A DNA stretch of 64,000 bases from Anaerosomatales bacterium (GTDB taxonomy: Bacteria > Actinomycetota > Coriobacteriia > Anaerosomatales > SLCP01). The stretch covers positions 55,297 through 119,296 of the forward strand of contig JARGFT010000007.1 of the NCBI GenBank assembly GCA_029210645.1, given 5' to 3'. The notes beneath the pieces are model-generated. The model did no database searches. It was not told the origin of the DNA and saw only the letters and a program-made list of their open reading frames with translations. The number at the start of each line of letters is the position of its first letter. Position 1 is the stretch's first letter. Shown in pieces: positions 44,831 through 55,362 of this stretch. The translations under genes were made by a program, and so were the position numbers.

Positions 44831-45708
44831 CGGCCGGCCGCCTGAACAGCGGCAGCAACTGTGTTGGAGACGAGCATCGCCCGCGTCATCGGGCCCACAC
44901 CTCCGGGCACCGGGGTGATCGCCGATGCCACCGGTTCGACCGACTCGAAGTCCACGTCGCCCACCAGTCCTCCCGCCTCACCGCGGTTGATGCCCACGTC
45001 GATGACGACAGCGCCCGGCTTGACGTACTCGGCGGTGATCATCTTCGGGCGACCAACGGCGGCGACCAGGACGTCCGCCTCCCGACACACGGCAGGCAGA
45101 TCGCGGGTCCGGCTGTGGCACACGGTGACCGTGGCGTTCTCCTCCAGGAGCATCAGCGCCATCGGCTTGCCGACGATCGTCGAGCGGCCGACGACGACGG
45201 CACGCGCGCCGTTCAGGTCGATGCCGTAGTGGCGCAGCATCCGCATGACTCCCCACGGCGTGCAAGCGCGGGGCCCCTCGATCCCGCGGACGAGCCTGCC
45301 GAGACTCGCGGGATGGAACCCGTCGACGTCCTTCTCGGGGTTGATGCGGGCGATCGCCTCCTCGGCGTCGAGGTGGTCCGGAAGCGGCATCTGGACGAGG
45401 ATGCCGTGAACGCGGGGGTCGGCATTGCACTCGTCGATGATCGCGTTGAGTTCCTCTTGCGTGATGTCGGCCGGACGACGGTGGTCCAAGGCGAGCACTC
45501 CGGCCTCCTCGCAGTCCCGCTCTTTCATCGCGACGTACGTCGCCGAGGCGGGATCGTCCCCCACCAGCACGACGGCCAGGCCGGGGGTGACGCCCTGCTC
45601 GGCGAGGCGGGACACGTCCTCGGCGACCTCCGCTTTGACCGCGGCCGCAACCGCGTTTCCGTCGATGATGAGTGCCATGCGCCGTGTGGTCCTTTCGCCC
45701 GGGGACAA
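44827..45708 (-). CDS. folD: Bifunctional methylenetetrahydrofolate dehydrogenase/cyclohydrolase
   Basis: [46 protein letters not shown]. Confidence 0.95.
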   Translation of the reverse strand: MSPGERTTRRMALIIDGNAVAAAVKAEVAEDVSRLAEQGVTPGLAVVLVGDDPASATYVAMKERDCEEAGVLALDHRRPADITQEELNAIIDECNADPRVHGILVQMPLPDHLDAEEAIARINPEKDVDGFHPASLGRLVRGIEGPRACTPWGVMRMLRHYGIDLNGARAVVVGRSTIVGKPMALMLLEENATVTVCHSRTRDLPAVCREADVLVAAVGRPKMITAEYVKPGAVVIDVGINRGEAGGLVGDVDFESVEPVASAITPVPGGVGPMTRAMLVSNTVAAAVQAAGR

Positions 45709-45720
45709 GCGTGTAGTGTA

Positions 45721-46302
45721 CTACTCCTTGACGATCGCGAGCAGTCGCCGGAACTCATCGGTGCCGGCGCGTCCGACCGCTTCGTACATCACCGACTCGC
45801 CGGTGGTGACGCTCACTCCGGCATGGCGGAGCCGGTCCAGTGCCACGTCATGATGGGTCGCCAGCCTCGAGCAGCAACCGTCGGCCGCTACGTGGACCGC
45901 CCGGTCCTCCGAGGCGAGCACGAGCGCTGTCTGGGCCACGCAGATGTGTGTCTCCATGCCGGCGAGCACGACCTGGCTCCTCCCGGTCGCCGCAAGGGCG
46001 TCCATGAAGTCGGTCTCTGCGGCACAGCAGAACGCCGTCTTGTCCACGCCGACCACACGCGATCCCTTCTCTGCGAGCTCCGTCAGGACCTCCTGCAGCT
46101 CGGTGACGGTCGGGCCCAGACCTTTCGGATACTGCCGGGTAACGATGATCGGTGCATCGAGCATGGCGGCGGTTCGCGCGAGCCGTGCCGCCACCCGGAC
46201 CACGTCGTCCCTGCGCTCCATCGCGCCAGCGAGGCGCTCCTGGATATCGATGATCACGAGCACGAAGTCGTCGCGCGCAACGAGGGGGGGTGACGGGTGC
46301 AT
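45721..46302 (-). CDS. Isochorismatase-family hydrolase
   Basis: VLVIIDIQE, DKTAFC, LAGMETHICV (D-K-C triad pattern). Internal ATG 46302 with GGAGGA SD. Confidence 0.8.
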   Translation of the reverse strand: MHPSPPLVARDDFVLVIIDIQERLAGAMERRDDVVRVAARLARTAAMLDAPIIVTRQYPKGLGPTVTELQEVLTELAEKGSRVVGVDKTAFCCAAETDFMDALAATGRSQVVLAGMETHICVAQTALVLASEDRAVHVAADGCCSRLATHHDVALDRLRHAGVSVTTGESVMYEAVGRAGTDEFRRLLAIVKE

Positions 46303-46431
46303 GGGCTTCCTCCAGTCAGCGGTTCTCCCGATTCTAACGGGGGCGCGGCGACGGGTCGACACGACGGGGTATACACAGTGTGTCCGATGGCCCGGGCGGC
46401 TCCGGGCCAAAACGAAGTGGAGGTCCCAACG

Positions 46432-46779
46432 ATGAGCGACGCACCCATTCTCGGCCCGATGAATCACGTCACTGACCTGGAGAGCGCAGGTGACTTCGAG
46501 CGCAAGCACACGCCGTACATCAGCGCAGAGCGTGACGGCGACAAAGTCCGCGTGACCCTCAAGGTCGGACACTACGTGTCCCATCCGAACCAGCCCGACC
46601 ACTACATCCAGTGGATCACGCTCTACGCAGGCGACGCACCCATCGCGCGCTTCGACCTCGTTCCGGTCGCCAGCGATCCTGACGTATGCGTCACCGTCGC
46701 CGTCGACGCCGGGACCACGCTACGCGCAGTCGAGTACTGCAACCTCCACGGATTGTGGGCGGCCGAAGTCGAGGTCTGA
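46432..46779 (+). CDS. Superoxide reductase (1Fe-SOR / neelaredoxin type)
   Basis: FERKHTPYI, VSHPNQPDHYIQWI, EYCNLHGLW are the SOR iron ligand motifs. Internal ATG 46432 with GTGGAGG SD. Confidence 0.85.
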   Translation: MSDAPILGPMNHVTDLESAGDFERKHTPYISAERDGDKVRVTLKVGHYVSHPNQPDHYIQWITLYAGDAPIARFDLVPVASDPDVCVTVAVDAGTTLRAVEYCNLHGLWAAEVEV

Positions 46780-46809
46780 GACCCGCGTCGGGTGGCAGCC
46801 GACGGGTGG

Positions 46810-47949
46810 CTAGACGCGAGTGAGGTCGTCGAACCACACCGCGTCATCGTCGCGCTCGCACACCACGATACGGTCGTGATCCGCCGGGTCCTTCGCGCGA
46901 TGGTACCTGAGGTAGATGTGGTCATCGTCCACTCCCACCACCTCGATCTTCCCGGTTTCGTGAGACATGCAGTACCTGACCCGGCGCGCCAGCCCCGATG
47001 CTCCCTCACGCGCACGGGAGAACAACTCCCACGCGCGGACGATGGGCACCGCGAACGATTCGTTGCCCCTGGTAGGTCGGCACTGGAAGAGGTAGTACTG
47101 GGGACAGCCGACGCTGGCTGCGGTCTCGAAGAGCTCCCGGAGGACGTCGGCGTCGTCGTTCACTCCGGCGATGATCGGGCACTGGTTAGCGCAGACCACG
47201 CCGAGCCTCAGGGCCAGATCGACCGCCTCGATCGCCAGCTCGGTGAATTCGCGCGGGTGGTCGAAGTGGCACATGAGATAGACCCGGCCGCCGGGCCCGG
47301 ACTGCTCGGCGAGTAGTTCCTGCAGGTCTGTATCGTCGAGCAGGCGGTACGGATTGAACGCAGGCATCTTCGTGCCGATGCGCACGGTCCGAACGTGAGG
47401 GATGTCGCGTATCGCGCGGAGTAGGCCGGCAAGGCGCGGAGTCGACAGCAGCAGGGGGTCGCCGCCGGTCAGCAGGACGTCGGTGACCTCCGTGTGATCG
47501 GCGATGTAGGCGAGCGCCGGCCCGAAGTCACGTGCCACCTCGTCGGCGTCACGCATGAAGATACGTTTGCGGAAGCAGTACCTGCAGTAGCCGGCACAGG
47601 CCTCGACGCACAGCACCAGGGCGGTATCGGCGTACTTGTGCTGCAGTCCCGGGATCACCGTGTTGGATGCCTCGTTCGATGCGTCCAGCGCGCCGAACTC
47701 GGAGAGTTCCGCCTCGCTCGGAATGATGAGAGCACGGATCGGATCGTGAGGATCGGACCAATCGATCAGTCCCAGGTAGTAATCACTCGCCTTGAAGTTG
47801 AAGTGCGCGGCGACACGCTCCAGACGGGCGCGCTCGTCGGCCGGGATGCGATCAAGAAGTGACACATCACGGACGTAACCGATGCGCCGCGTTTCGCATC
47901 CGCCGTCGGCAGATGCGGGGGGTCGACCATGGTACATGCTACAGCTCAT
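46810..47949 (-). CDS. KamA-family radical SAM protein (lysine-2,3-aminomutase-like)
   Basis: PGLQHKYADTALVLCVEACAGYCRYCFRKR (CxxxCxxC), VLLTGGDPL, VRIGTK. Start codon uncertain. Confidence 0.8.
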   Translation of the reverse strand: MSCSMYHGRPPASADGGCETRRIGYVRDVSLLDRIPADERARLERVAAHFNFKASDYYLGLIDWSDPHDPIRALIIPSEAELSEFGALDASNEASNTVIPGLQHKYADTALVLCVEACAGYCRYCFRKRIFMRDADEVARDFGPALAYIADHTEVTDVLLTGGDPLLLSTPRLAGLLRAIRDIPHVRTVRIGTKMPAFNPYRLLDDTDLQELLAEQSGPGGRVYLMCHFDHPREFTELAIEAVDLALRLGVVCANQCPIIAGVNDDADVLRELFETAASVGCPQYYLFQCRPTRGNESFAVPIVRAWELFSRAREGASGLARRVRYCMSHETGKIEVVGVDDDHIYLRYHRAKDPADHDRIVVCERDDDAVWFDDLTRV

Positions 47950-48061
47950 GATCTCCGGTGGGTCGGATACAGTACTGCCGGACGGTCGCCGCAGTGAACG
48001 ACCCGGCCATCTTCATACTACCCGATTAACGCAGCTCCGATGCTTCCGGAGACCCGCCCGC

Positions 48062-48436
48062 TCACTCCGGGAGCCTCACGACCACCCGTTCGTCGACAAC
48101 CTCGGCGTCGTAGACACGCAGCGTGCGCGGACCCCTTACCGCGCTCGCGATGCTCAGGGCAGCTCCGCGCAGATCGGTCCACCTGACCACAGAACCGTCT
48201 CGCAGGTCGAACTGCGAGTTGTGCAGCGGGCACGTGACCACCGTACCCTCGAGAGTGCCCTTCGACAGGTTGCCCTTCAGGTGCGGGCAGCGCTTGTCCG
48301 AAACGAAGTACTTCTCTCCGACGCGCGCCACGAGGAAGTCGTGCCCTCCGGACTTCACCGCCGTCATCTGGCCGTCCTGCAGATCGTCCGTCCCCAGCAC
48401 ATCGATCGAATCGCTCACAGCCGCCCCTTCCGACAT
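48062..48436 (-). CDS. Small Rieske [2Fe-2S] domain protein (NirD-like)
   Basis: CPHLKGNLSKGTLEGTVVTCPLH is the C-x-H...C-x2-H Rieske motif. Confidence 0.8.
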   Translation of the reverse strand: MSEGAAVSDSIDVLGTDDLQDGQMTAVKSGGHDFLVARVGEKYFVSDKRCPHLKGNLSKGTLEGTVVTCPLHNSQFDLRDGSVVRWTDLRGAALSIASAVRGPRTLRVYDAEVVDERVVVRLPE

Positions 48437-48530
48437 CGTGCATGCGCCACCAGGCTCTCCGGTAGTTCATTCCCGTCGCACCGAGCCCGGGCACGTAGCC
48501 CTGATGCGGGCACCCGGCAGCAGTCGGTGG

Positions 48531-49601
48531 CTAGAACAGCCCGTCCTGTCCGGCAGGCTCCGCCGCCGGGGGTCGCAGGCCGAGGTGCTCGTAGGCGCGC
48601 GGTGTCGCCTGACGACCCTTCGGTGTCCGGGCGAGGAAGCCCAGTTGCAGCAGGTACGGCTCGTAGACGTCTTCCAGCGTGTCGGTCTCCTCGCCCACGG
48701 CCGCCCCGAGCGTGTTCAGGCCGACGGGACGGCCGGCGAACTTGTGGATGAGCGTGTCAAGGATGGCAAGGTCCATCTTGTCCAGACCGATGTGGTCGAC
48801 CTCGAAGAACGCGAGCGCCTCGGCCGCTATGTCCTCGTTGACATGCCCCTCATGCTTGACCTGAGCGTAGTCTCGGACACGCTTGAGCAGACGGTTGGCC
48901 AGTCGTGGTGTGCCACGGGAACGGCGTGCGATCTCGGCTGCACCCTCACGATCGATGGCCACGCCGAGGATGCCTGCCGAGCGGTCGACGATCGCCGCAA
49001 GCTCGTCGGGCGTGTAGTAGTCGAGCCGGAATGCCATCCCGAAACGGTCCCTCAGCGGGCCCGTAAGCAGGCCGGTACGCGTGGTCGCGCCCACGAGCGT
49101 GAATCGGGACAGATCGAGCCGCAGACTGCGCGCCGCCGGGCCCTTGCCGATCACGATGTCGAGCGCGAAGTCCTCCATCGCGGGATAGAGGACCTCCTCG
49201 ACCGCGCGGTTGAGTCGATGAATCTCGTCGATGAAGAGCACATCGCGCTCCTCGAGGTTGGTCAGGATCGCGGCGAGATCTCCCGCCCGCTCGATGGCCG
49301 GCCCGCTGGTCGTCTTCAGCTGCACGCCGAGTTCGGCCGCGATAACCGCCGCGAGCGTGGTCTTGCCCAGCCCCGGCGGGCCCGAGAGCAGGATGTGGTC
49401 GAGCGCCTCGTCGCGGCCTCGTGCGGCGTCGATGAGTACTCCGAGGTTCTCCTTGACGCGCTGCTGACCGAGATACTCGTCGAGGCGTCGCGGACGCAAG
49501 GAGCGATCGATCTCCGGATCGTCGTCGGTGTGCTCCGCACTGACCAGCCGCTCGGACTCGTCGGGCCAGGGCTCGTCGCTGTTCTCCCACACGGTGCTCA
49601 T
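48531..49601 (-). CDS. ruvB: Holliday junction branch migration ATPase RuvB
   Basis: [43 protein letters not shown] 49601 overlaps the ruvA stop (ATGA). The ORF-track start 50492 is an artefact. Confidence 0.95.
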   Translation of the reverse strand: MSTVWENSDEPWPDESERLVSAEHTDDDPEIDRSLRPRRLDEYLGQQRVKENLGVLIDAARGRDEALDHILLSGPPGLGKTTLAAVIAAELGVQLKTTSGPAIERAGDLAAILTNLEERDVLFIDEIHRLNRAVEEVLYPAMEDFALDIVIGKGPAARSLRLDLSRFTLVGATTRTGLLTGPLRDRFGMAFRLDYYTPDELAAIVDRSAGILGVAIDREGAAEIARRSRGTPRLANRLLKRVRDYAQVKHEGHVNEDIAAEALAFFEVDHIGLDKMDLAILDTLIHKFAGRPVGLNTLGAAVGEETDTLEDVYEPYLLQLGFLARTPKGRQATPRAYEHLGLRPPAAEPAGQDGLF

Positions 49602-50185
49602 CGTCGGGCTCCGCCCAGACGCTTGAGCGCGTGCTTTACGAGGAGACCCGCGCTCGCATCGGCGGGCGCTCCCTTCAGCGCGGTGGCGGCCTCGGCAGCC
49701 GAGAAGCCCATGCCGAGAAGTGCGTCCCTGGCCTCGGCAACCACTCCCGTAGATGCAACGGCACGCCCGCCCACGCTTCCGCCACCGGCGAGCTTGTCCT
49801 TCAGCTCGAGGATGATGCGCTGAGCTGTCTTCGCTCCGATACCCGGGATGCTGGATACTACCGCGACATCTTCGCCGGTGATCGCATCGGTGAGGAAGGC
49901 CGGCTCGTAGGAGGAAAGGGCTGCAAGAGCGACCTTCGGACCCACACCGCTCACGGTGATCAGCCGCTCGAACAGGTCTTTCTCGGCTGCGGACTCGAAG
50001 CCGAAGAGCGACAGTTCGTCCTCCCGCACGTGCAAGTGAGTGAAGACCGTGACGGTATCGCCCACGTGTGGAAGCGCCGCGAGAGAGCCGGTGGACATCG
50101 CAAGCCGCAGGCCGACGCCGCCGACCTCGAGCACGCAGTGCGCGGGCCCCTTGTCGGCGATCCTTCCGGTCACGAAGTCGATCAC
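49598..50185 (-). CDS. ruvA: Holliday junction DNA-binding protein RuvA
   Basis: GTG 50185 (2 nt after the ruvC stop): [26 protein letters not shown]...[25 protein letters not shown]...[12 protein letters not shown]. Confidence 0.9.
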   Translation of the reverse strand: MIDFVTGRIADKGPAHCVLEVGGVGLRLAMSTGSLAALPHVGDTVTVFTHLHVREDELSLFGFESAAEKDLFERLITVSGVGPKVALAALSSYEPAFLTDAITGEDVAVVSSIPGIGAKTAQRIILELKDKLAGGGSVGGRAVASTGVVAEARDALLGMGFSAAEAATALKGAPADASAGLLVKHALKRLGGARR

Positions 50186-50187
50186 CG

Positions 50188-50682
50188 TCAGACCCTCCCG
50201 AGAGCAGCGCGGGCGTGGCGCGAGTGCGCGTGGCAGATCGCGGCGGCCAGTGCATCGGCAGCGTGGTCCGGAGACGGGTCGCGATCGAGCCCGAGGATCG
50301 TGCGCACCATGTACTGCACCTGACCCTTGTCGGCCGAGCCGCTGCCCACCACCGCCATCTTGATCTCGCCGGGTCCGTACTCGCCGAGCGGCAGACCACA
50401 GTCTGCGGCGGCCAGCACCGCAACTCCGCGCGCCTGACCGGTGGCGAACGCGGTCTTCGCATTCGTTCCGAAGTACACGCTCTCGACCGCACATGCGACG
50501 GGCGTGTAGCGTTCTACCACCGCCCGCAATTGGTCGTGGATGCACGACAGCCGCTCGGGCAGCGAGTCGGAGGAAGGAGTCGCGATGCAGCCGTATGCGA
50601 GGCAGCGAAGACGCGACCCGGCCTGCTCGACCACACCCCAGCCGGTGTTGGCCAGACCGGGATCGATGCCGAGGATGATCAC
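50188..50682 (-). CDS. ruvC: Crossover junction endodeoxyribonuclease RuvC
   Basis: [18 protein letters not shown]...AVESVYF...[13 protein letters not shown]. Confidence 0.95.
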   Translation of the reverse strand: MIILGIDPGLANTGWGVVEQAGSRLRCLAYGCIATPSSDSLPERLSCIHDQLRAVVERYTPVACAVESVYFGTNAKTAFATGQARGVAVLAAADCGLPLGEYGPGEIKMAVVGSGSADKGQVQYMVRTILGLDRDPSPDHAADALAAAICHAHSRHARAALGRV

Positions 50683-50769
50683 ACTGCTCCCCTCGCCGCC
50701 GCTGAATCGAACATATGTTCAGGATAGCGATATGGCGGGCACCGCGCAACGCACGGACCGGGGCCCTGC

Positions 50770-51525
50770 CTATCCCTCGAGCGCGGCCGCGATCTCGTCC
50801 GTGAACGCCATGGTGTGGTAGACGTTCTGGATGTCGTCGTGCTCCTCGAGCTGGTCGACCAGACGCAGGACCTTCGCGGCGTCCCCGGCGGCTACCACGG
50901 TCTCGTTGACCGGTTCCATCACGAGCTCGGCACCCTTGACTGGCAGGCCTGCATCCTCGAGAGCGACCTTGACCTGCATCACATCGGCCGGCGCCGTTGT
51001 AACGACCCACTCGTCCTCGCCCTGTTCGAGATCCTCGCCGCCTGCATCGGCGACGAGAAGCATCAGCTCCTCCTCGTCGGGGGCGTTCCCGGCCTCGATA
51101 GTGATCTGACCCTTGCGCTCGAACTGGAACGCGACCGATCCCGTCGCGCCGAGGTTGCCCCCCGCGCGGGTGAAGGCGCTGCGCACGTCGGCAGCGGTCC
51201 GGTTACGGTTGTCGGTGAGCGCCTCGACGTAGACCGCTACACCCGCGGGCCCATATCCCTCGTAGACGACATCTTCGAACGCCTCTGAATCGCCAGCGCC
51301 GAACGCCTTGGCGATCGCCGTCTCGATCTTGTCCTTCGGCAGAGAGTAGCTCTTCGCCTTAGCGATGGCGGCCGCAAGTGAGGCGTTGTTCTCGGGATTG
51401 GGGTCTCCCCCCGTCTTGGCAGCCACCGTGATCACGCGGGAGAGCTTACTGAAGAGAGCGGATCGCTTCTTGTCCTGTGCCGCCTTGCGATGCTTGGTCG
51501 TCGCCCACTTGGAGTGGCCTGACAT
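50770..51525 (-). CDS. yebC: YebC/PmpR family DNA-binding regulator
   Basis: MSGHSKWATTKHRKAAQDKKRSALFSKL... Confidence 0.95.
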   Translation of the reverse strand: MSGHSKWATTKHRKAAQDKKRSALFSKLSRVITVAAKTGGDPNPENNASLAAAIAKAKSYSLPKDKIETAIAKAFGAGDSEAFEDVVYEGYGPAGVAVYVEALTDNRNRTAADVRSAFTRAGGNLGATGSVAFQFERKGQITIEAGNAPDEEELMLLVADAGGEDLEQGEDEWVVTTAPADVMQVKVALEDAGLPVKGAELVMEPVNETVVAAGDAAKVLRLVDQLEEHDDIQNVYHTMAFTDEIAAALEG

Positions 51526-51546
51526 GCGCTCCCCTTCCCGGCGTCG

Positions 51547-52128
51547 CTAGGCGGCGACGACCTGCTCGATGAAGAAACGGTGGACCCGCGGATCCCCGGT
51601 GAGCTCCGGATGGAACGCGGTCGCCATGAGGTCCCCCTGCCGTGCGGCGACGACCTTCCCGTCATGATGCGCCAGGGTTTCGACGCCCGGCCCGGTCTGC
51701 TCGATCCATGGTGCCCTGATGAACACACCTCTGAACGGGCCGTCCTCGAGATGCGCGAAGTCCAAGTCGGCCTCGAACGAATCGACCTGCCGGCCGAATG
51801 CGTTGCGTTGGACCGCGATGTCCATGAGGCCAAGGCTCTCCTGGCCGGGAAGCGCGTCGATGATCTCGCGTGCGATCAGTATCGCTCCCGCACACGTTCC
51901 CCACACTGCCATGCCGGCCGAATCGTGATGCTGACGTATCGGGTCGTAGAAGCCGTACGAGACCATGAGCTTTGCAATCGCAGTGGACTCCCCACCCGGG
52001 ATCACGAGCCCGTTGAGCTGGGCGAGCTGTGACGGCATCCGGATCGCCGTCGCCCTCACGCCGAGCGATTCCAGAGTCACGATGTGCTCGCGGAACGCTC
52101 CCTGCAGAGCGAGCACGCCGATATGCAC
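51547..52128 (-). CDS. pdxT: Pyridoxal 5-phosphate synthase glutaminase subunit PdxT
   Basis: GTG 52128 (1 nt after the pdxS stop): VHIGVLALQGAFREH, GLVIPGGEST, GTCAG, AFHPELT. Confidence 0.9.
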   Translation of the reverse strand: MHIGVLALQGAFREHIVTLESLGVRATAIRMPSQLAQLNGLVIPGGESTAIAKLMVSYGFYDPIRQHHDSAGMAVWGTCAGAILIAREIIDALPGQESLGLMDIAVQRNAFGRQVDSFEADLDFAHLEDGPFRGVFIRAPWIEQTGPGVETLAHHDGKVVAARQGDLMATAFHPELTGDPRVHRFFIEQVVAA

Positions 52129-52129
52129 G

Positions 52130-53026
52130 CTACCAGCCCCGTTCCTGCATCCGCTCGGCCTCGGGGATCTCGGAGATGTTGATGCCGACCATCGCCTCGC
52201 CGAGGTTCTCGGAGACTCGCGCAATGACCGCGGGATCGTCGAAGTGCGTCGTCGCCTCGACGATCGCCCGCGCCCGCTTGTCGGGATCGCCGCTCTTGAA
52301 GATGCCGCTTCCGACGAATACGCCGTCGCACCCCAGCTGCATCATCAGAGCAGCGTCTGCGGGGGTCGCGATGCCGCCCGCCGAGAAGTTGACGACCGGG
52401 AGCTTGCCGTTGTCGTGAACCCATTTGACCAGCTCGTAAGGAGCGCCGAGCTGCTTGGCGGCATCGTAGAGCTGATCGGCGCGAAGCCCCGAGACCCAGG
52501 CGATACCATCGGTCATCGTGCGCATGTGCCTGACCGCCTCCACCACGTTGCCGGTACCCGGCTCGCCCTTGGTGCGGATCATCGCTGCGCCCTCGGCGAT
52601 GCGCCGCAGCGCCTCGCCCAGATCGCGCGCGCCACACACGAAGGGCACCGTGAAGTCGCGCTTGTTCACGTGGTACTGCTCGTCGGCCGGGGTCAGCACC
52701 TCGGACTCGTCGATGTAGTCAACGCCGAGACTCTGAATGATCTGGGCCTCGACGAAGTGTCCGATCCGGCACTTCGCCATCACCGGGATGGTGACAGCCT
52801 CCATGATCTCTACGATCTTGGTCGGATCGGCCATCCGGGCCACGCCACCGGTGGCACGGATGTCGGCGGGGACACGCTCGAGCGCCATGACGGCCACAGC
52901 ACCAGCATCCTCGGCGATCTTGGCCTGCACGGCGTTGACCACGTCCATGATCACGCCGCCCTTGAGCATCTCGGCCAGACCGGTCTTGACCAGCAGCGTG
53001 CCGGTCTCCTTGGCTGCATCACTCAC
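52130..53026 (-). CDS. pdxS: Pyridoxal 5-phosphate synthase lyase subunit PdxS
   Basis: [35 protein letters not shown]...DESEVLT...TKGEPGTG. Confidence 0.95.
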   Translation of the reverse strand: MSDAAKETGTLLVKTGLAEMLKGGVIMDVVNAVQAKIAEDAGAVAVMALERVPADIRATGGVARMADPTKIVEIMEAVTIPVMAKCRIGHFVEAQIIQSLGVDYIDESEVLTPADEQYHVNKRDFTVPFVCGARDLGEALRRIAEGAAMIRTKGEPGTGNVVEAVRHMRTMTDGIAWVSGLRADQLYDAAKQLGAPYELVKWVHDNGKLPVVNFSAGGIATPADAALMMQLGCDGVFVGSGIFKSGDPDKRARAIVEATTHFDDPAVIARVSENLGEAMVGINISEIPEAERMQERGW

Positions 53027-53093
53027 TGTCGGGGCTCCTTCGCATCAGATCGGACGGGTCCGGCACGGCGGACCCGGGGATGGACAGTCTTAG

Positions 53094-53123
53094 ATTGTAC
53101 TCGCGCGGGAGCACGCCGTACAA
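53094..53123 (-). promoter_or_regulatory. Candidate sigma-70 promoter for pdxST (TTGTAC-N18-TACAAT)
   Basis: Read on the minus strand about 70 nt upstream of the pdxS ATG. By-eye match only. Confidence 0.4.
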
Positions 53124-53159
53124 GCAGCGGCATGGTGCGGAATCACCCTCGCTTGGCGT

Positions 53160-54245
53160 TTACTGCATGGAGATGTTCACATCGAGCGGGACCACCTGGA
53201 ACCAGGTGCTGCCCGGGGCCAGACGCACGATAACGCCCTGGTCGTCCTTGAAGACCGGAGGCGCGCTGCCGTCCGTCTCCCAGGTACCGTCGATGCGGAC
53301 GCCGTTGCGGAAGATCGATGCGCGACCCTCTCCGTTCACCGCAATCTCCAACGTCGCCCCCCCGATGCCCGGAGGTCCGGTCCGGCTGGTTCTGGTCCAC
53401 ATCACGACGACGTTGGTCGCGGTGTACTGCTCGCCCGACTCGCGGTCGGTGTGCGCCCGTCCGTTGTTCGAGCGACGGTACGCATCGATGTCAGCATCGT
53501 ACTCCCAGACCGAGGTGTTCGCGTTGGAGAACGGGACCGAGACGCGGGAAACGGCAACGTCCGAATCGACCGACGGCGAGAAGCTGAGCGGGCGCAACTC
53601 CTGGGTGGCCGGGTAGCCCCGCGACACCCCGATCTCCCGGACACGCTGCAGGTCGAGATAGAGGTTGTGAGGTGCGCTCTTGAACGAGACCCTCCGGTAG
53701 GCGGCGCTGGCGCTCGAGTGATCGACGATCTCGATCCCCGCAGAGCGGACGGCACTGAGGACGCCCGCGTTCGCGCCCGAGTGAGCGAAGAGTGCATCGT
53801 ACTGCGGGACAATTTGCGTATCCGACATCCGGGCGCTGCGAACCGGACCTAGATCGGCGGGGGTCCGTGAGTGGAAGAGCGCGTTGAAGCGGGTGATCCC
53901 GCCCTCGGTGAGCGACTCGTAGACGATGTCGGCGTGGTCGAGCCCCGTTTGCGGACGTGCCGCCGGCGAGTTCTCGATCTTCACCGACACGATGCGCACG
54001 TCAGCCGGTGACTCCCCGGGCTCGACTTCGAGCCCTGTAAGCGGCCAGCGCACGGGCTCGGGCGGCGCCGGCACCGCGCGCTCGCGCTCCGCCACCGGCC
54101 AAGCCGAGGTGACCTCCTGGGGCTCATCGGGTGACTGCTGTCCCAGTTGCCAGAGGGCCACTCCGGCCCCTACGAGCAGAAGGGCCGCGACAACGCCGGC
54201 CACGATGAGGATCGTCTTCTTGTAGTTGACCCAGAACTCTTTCAC
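53160..54245 (-). CDS. DUF3048 (YerB-like) membrane-anchored protein
   Basis: N-terminal TM helix. PLTGLEV...VSVKIENSPAARPQTGLDHADIVYESLTEGGITRFNALFHS is the DUF3048 pattern. Confidence 0.75.
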   Translation of the reverse strand: MKEFWVNYKKTILIVAGVVAALLLVGAGVALWQLGQQSPDEPQEVTSAWPVAERERAVPAPPEPVRWPLTGLEVEPGESPADVRIVSVKIENSPAARPQTGLDHADIVYESLTEGGITRFNALFHSRTPADLGPVRSARMSDTQIVPQYDALFAHSGANAGVLSAVRSAGIEIVDHSSASAAYRRVSFKSAPHNLYLDLQRVREIGVSRGYPATQELRPLSFSPSVDSDVAVSRVSVPFSNANTSVWEYDADIDAYRRSNNGRAHTDRESGEQYTATNVVVMWTRTSRTGPPGIGGATLEIAVNGEGRASIFRNGVRIDGTWETDGSAPPVFKDDQGVIVRLAPGSTWFQVVPLDVNISMQ

Positions 54246-54350
54246 GCTACCTCCTCGGCGTCTCCCGCCGAAGCATACGGGCGGGCGGTCGAGCGGTCAA
54301 CGAAGGGCGGGCGCATTGCGCACCGCCCCGCACGGGACTACAGTTGTGCC

Positions 54351-54557
54351 ATGCCATGCTACCTGCTGCACATCGTCGAACAGCCCGACGCGTCGCCCTA
54401 CGACGATCCCGATCTCAAGGACCTGGTCGGATCGTTGCCGAGGTTCTTCTGTGCGCAGTGCCAGCCACCGGCACCGCTCAAGCCGGGCGAGAGCGTCCGG
54501 TGTCTCGATCGTGAGGAGCCGTGCTGGAGGTCTCCGCAGGGCATCTGCGGAGACTGA
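54351..54557 (+). CDS. Small (68 aa) cysteine-rich hypothetical protein
   Basis: Only plus-strand ORF in the 310-nt gap between two minus-strand genes. Third-position G/C bias matches neighbouring genes. 6 Cys including CAQC. No clear SD. Confidence 0.35.
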   Translation: MPCYLLHIVEQPDASPYDDPDLKDLVGSLPRFFCAQCQPPAPLKPGESVRCLDREEPCWRSPQGICGD

Positions 54558-55361
54558 TCACGCCCGCTTCTCACCTGTCCCCGACGCGGCCCGGGCGCGC
54601 CAGAGAAGCCATGCTCCCGCCGCGAACACGGGCACGGTCAGCAGCTGCCCCATGGACAGCGGCCCCAGTACCGCTCCGAGATGCGCATCGGGCTCGCGCA
54701 CGAACTCGACCAGGAAGCGCATGATGCCGTAGAGCACGAGCAGCCACCCCGTCACGTAGCCGTCCGGTCTCCGGCGCCGTGCGACCACGAGCATCACCGC
54801 GAAGAGGAGTACCCCTTCGAGGAGCGCCTCGTAGAGCTGCGACGGGTGCCGTGGTAGCGGGCCGGCTCGGGGAAAGACCATCCCCCACGGCACCTCGGTC
54901 ACACGGCCCCACAGCTCGCCGTTGATGAAGTTGGCGACCCGGCCGAAGAAGATACCGATTGGGGCACCGACCGCAACCAGGTCGGCAAGCCGGAGCATCG
55001 GCACGCTGATGCGACGGGACAACAGGTAGCCGGCGAACAGGATGCCGGCCAGCCCGCCGTGAAACGACATTCCTCCCTCGGCCACCCTGAAGAGCGAGAG
55101 CGGGTCGGACACGAGCGCGGGAAGCGCGTAGAAGAGCATGTAGCCCACACGAGCTCCGATAACCAGGCCGAGCGACCCGTAGATGAACATGCTGAAGAGA
55201 TCGTCCTCGGACAGCCCGACCTCCCAGCGGCGGTTGAGCCGGGCGACGATGAGGATCGCGACGATGAAGCCGGCCACGTACGCCACGCCGTACCACCTCA
55301 CGGCGAATGGGCCGACGGCAAAGATCACCGGGTCGATCTGCGGGTAAGTCAGCGCTGCCAC
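54558..55361 (-). CDS. lgt: Prolipoprotein diacylglyceryl transferase
   Basis: VRWYGVAYVAGF, HGGLAG, GRVANFINGELWGR, HPSQLYEALLEG. Confidence 0.95.
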   Translation of the reverse strand: MAALTYPQIDPVIFAVGPFAVRWYGVAYVAGFIVAILIVARLNRRWEVGLSEDDLFSMFIYGSLGLVIGARVGYMLFYALPALVSDPLSLFRVAEGGMSFHGGLAGILFAGYLLSRRISVPMLRLADLVAVGAPIGIFFGRVANFINGELWGRVTEVPWGMVFPRAGPLPRHPSQLYEALLEGVLLFAVMLVVARRRRPDGYVTGWLLVLYGIMRFLVEFVREPDAHLGAVLGPLSMGQLLTVPVFAAGAWLLWRARAASGTGEKRA

Positions 55362-55362
55362 C

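Noticed and set aside
48531-51010. Very long minus-strand ORFs (653 aa and 470 aa) over the ruv region
   Set aside because: Only the C-terminal parts match RuvB and RuvA. The N-terminal extensions are Arg-rich and run out of frame through ruvA and ruvC. The internal starts at 49601 (ATG) and 50185 (GTG) give canonical proteins with ATGA or near-abutting coupling.
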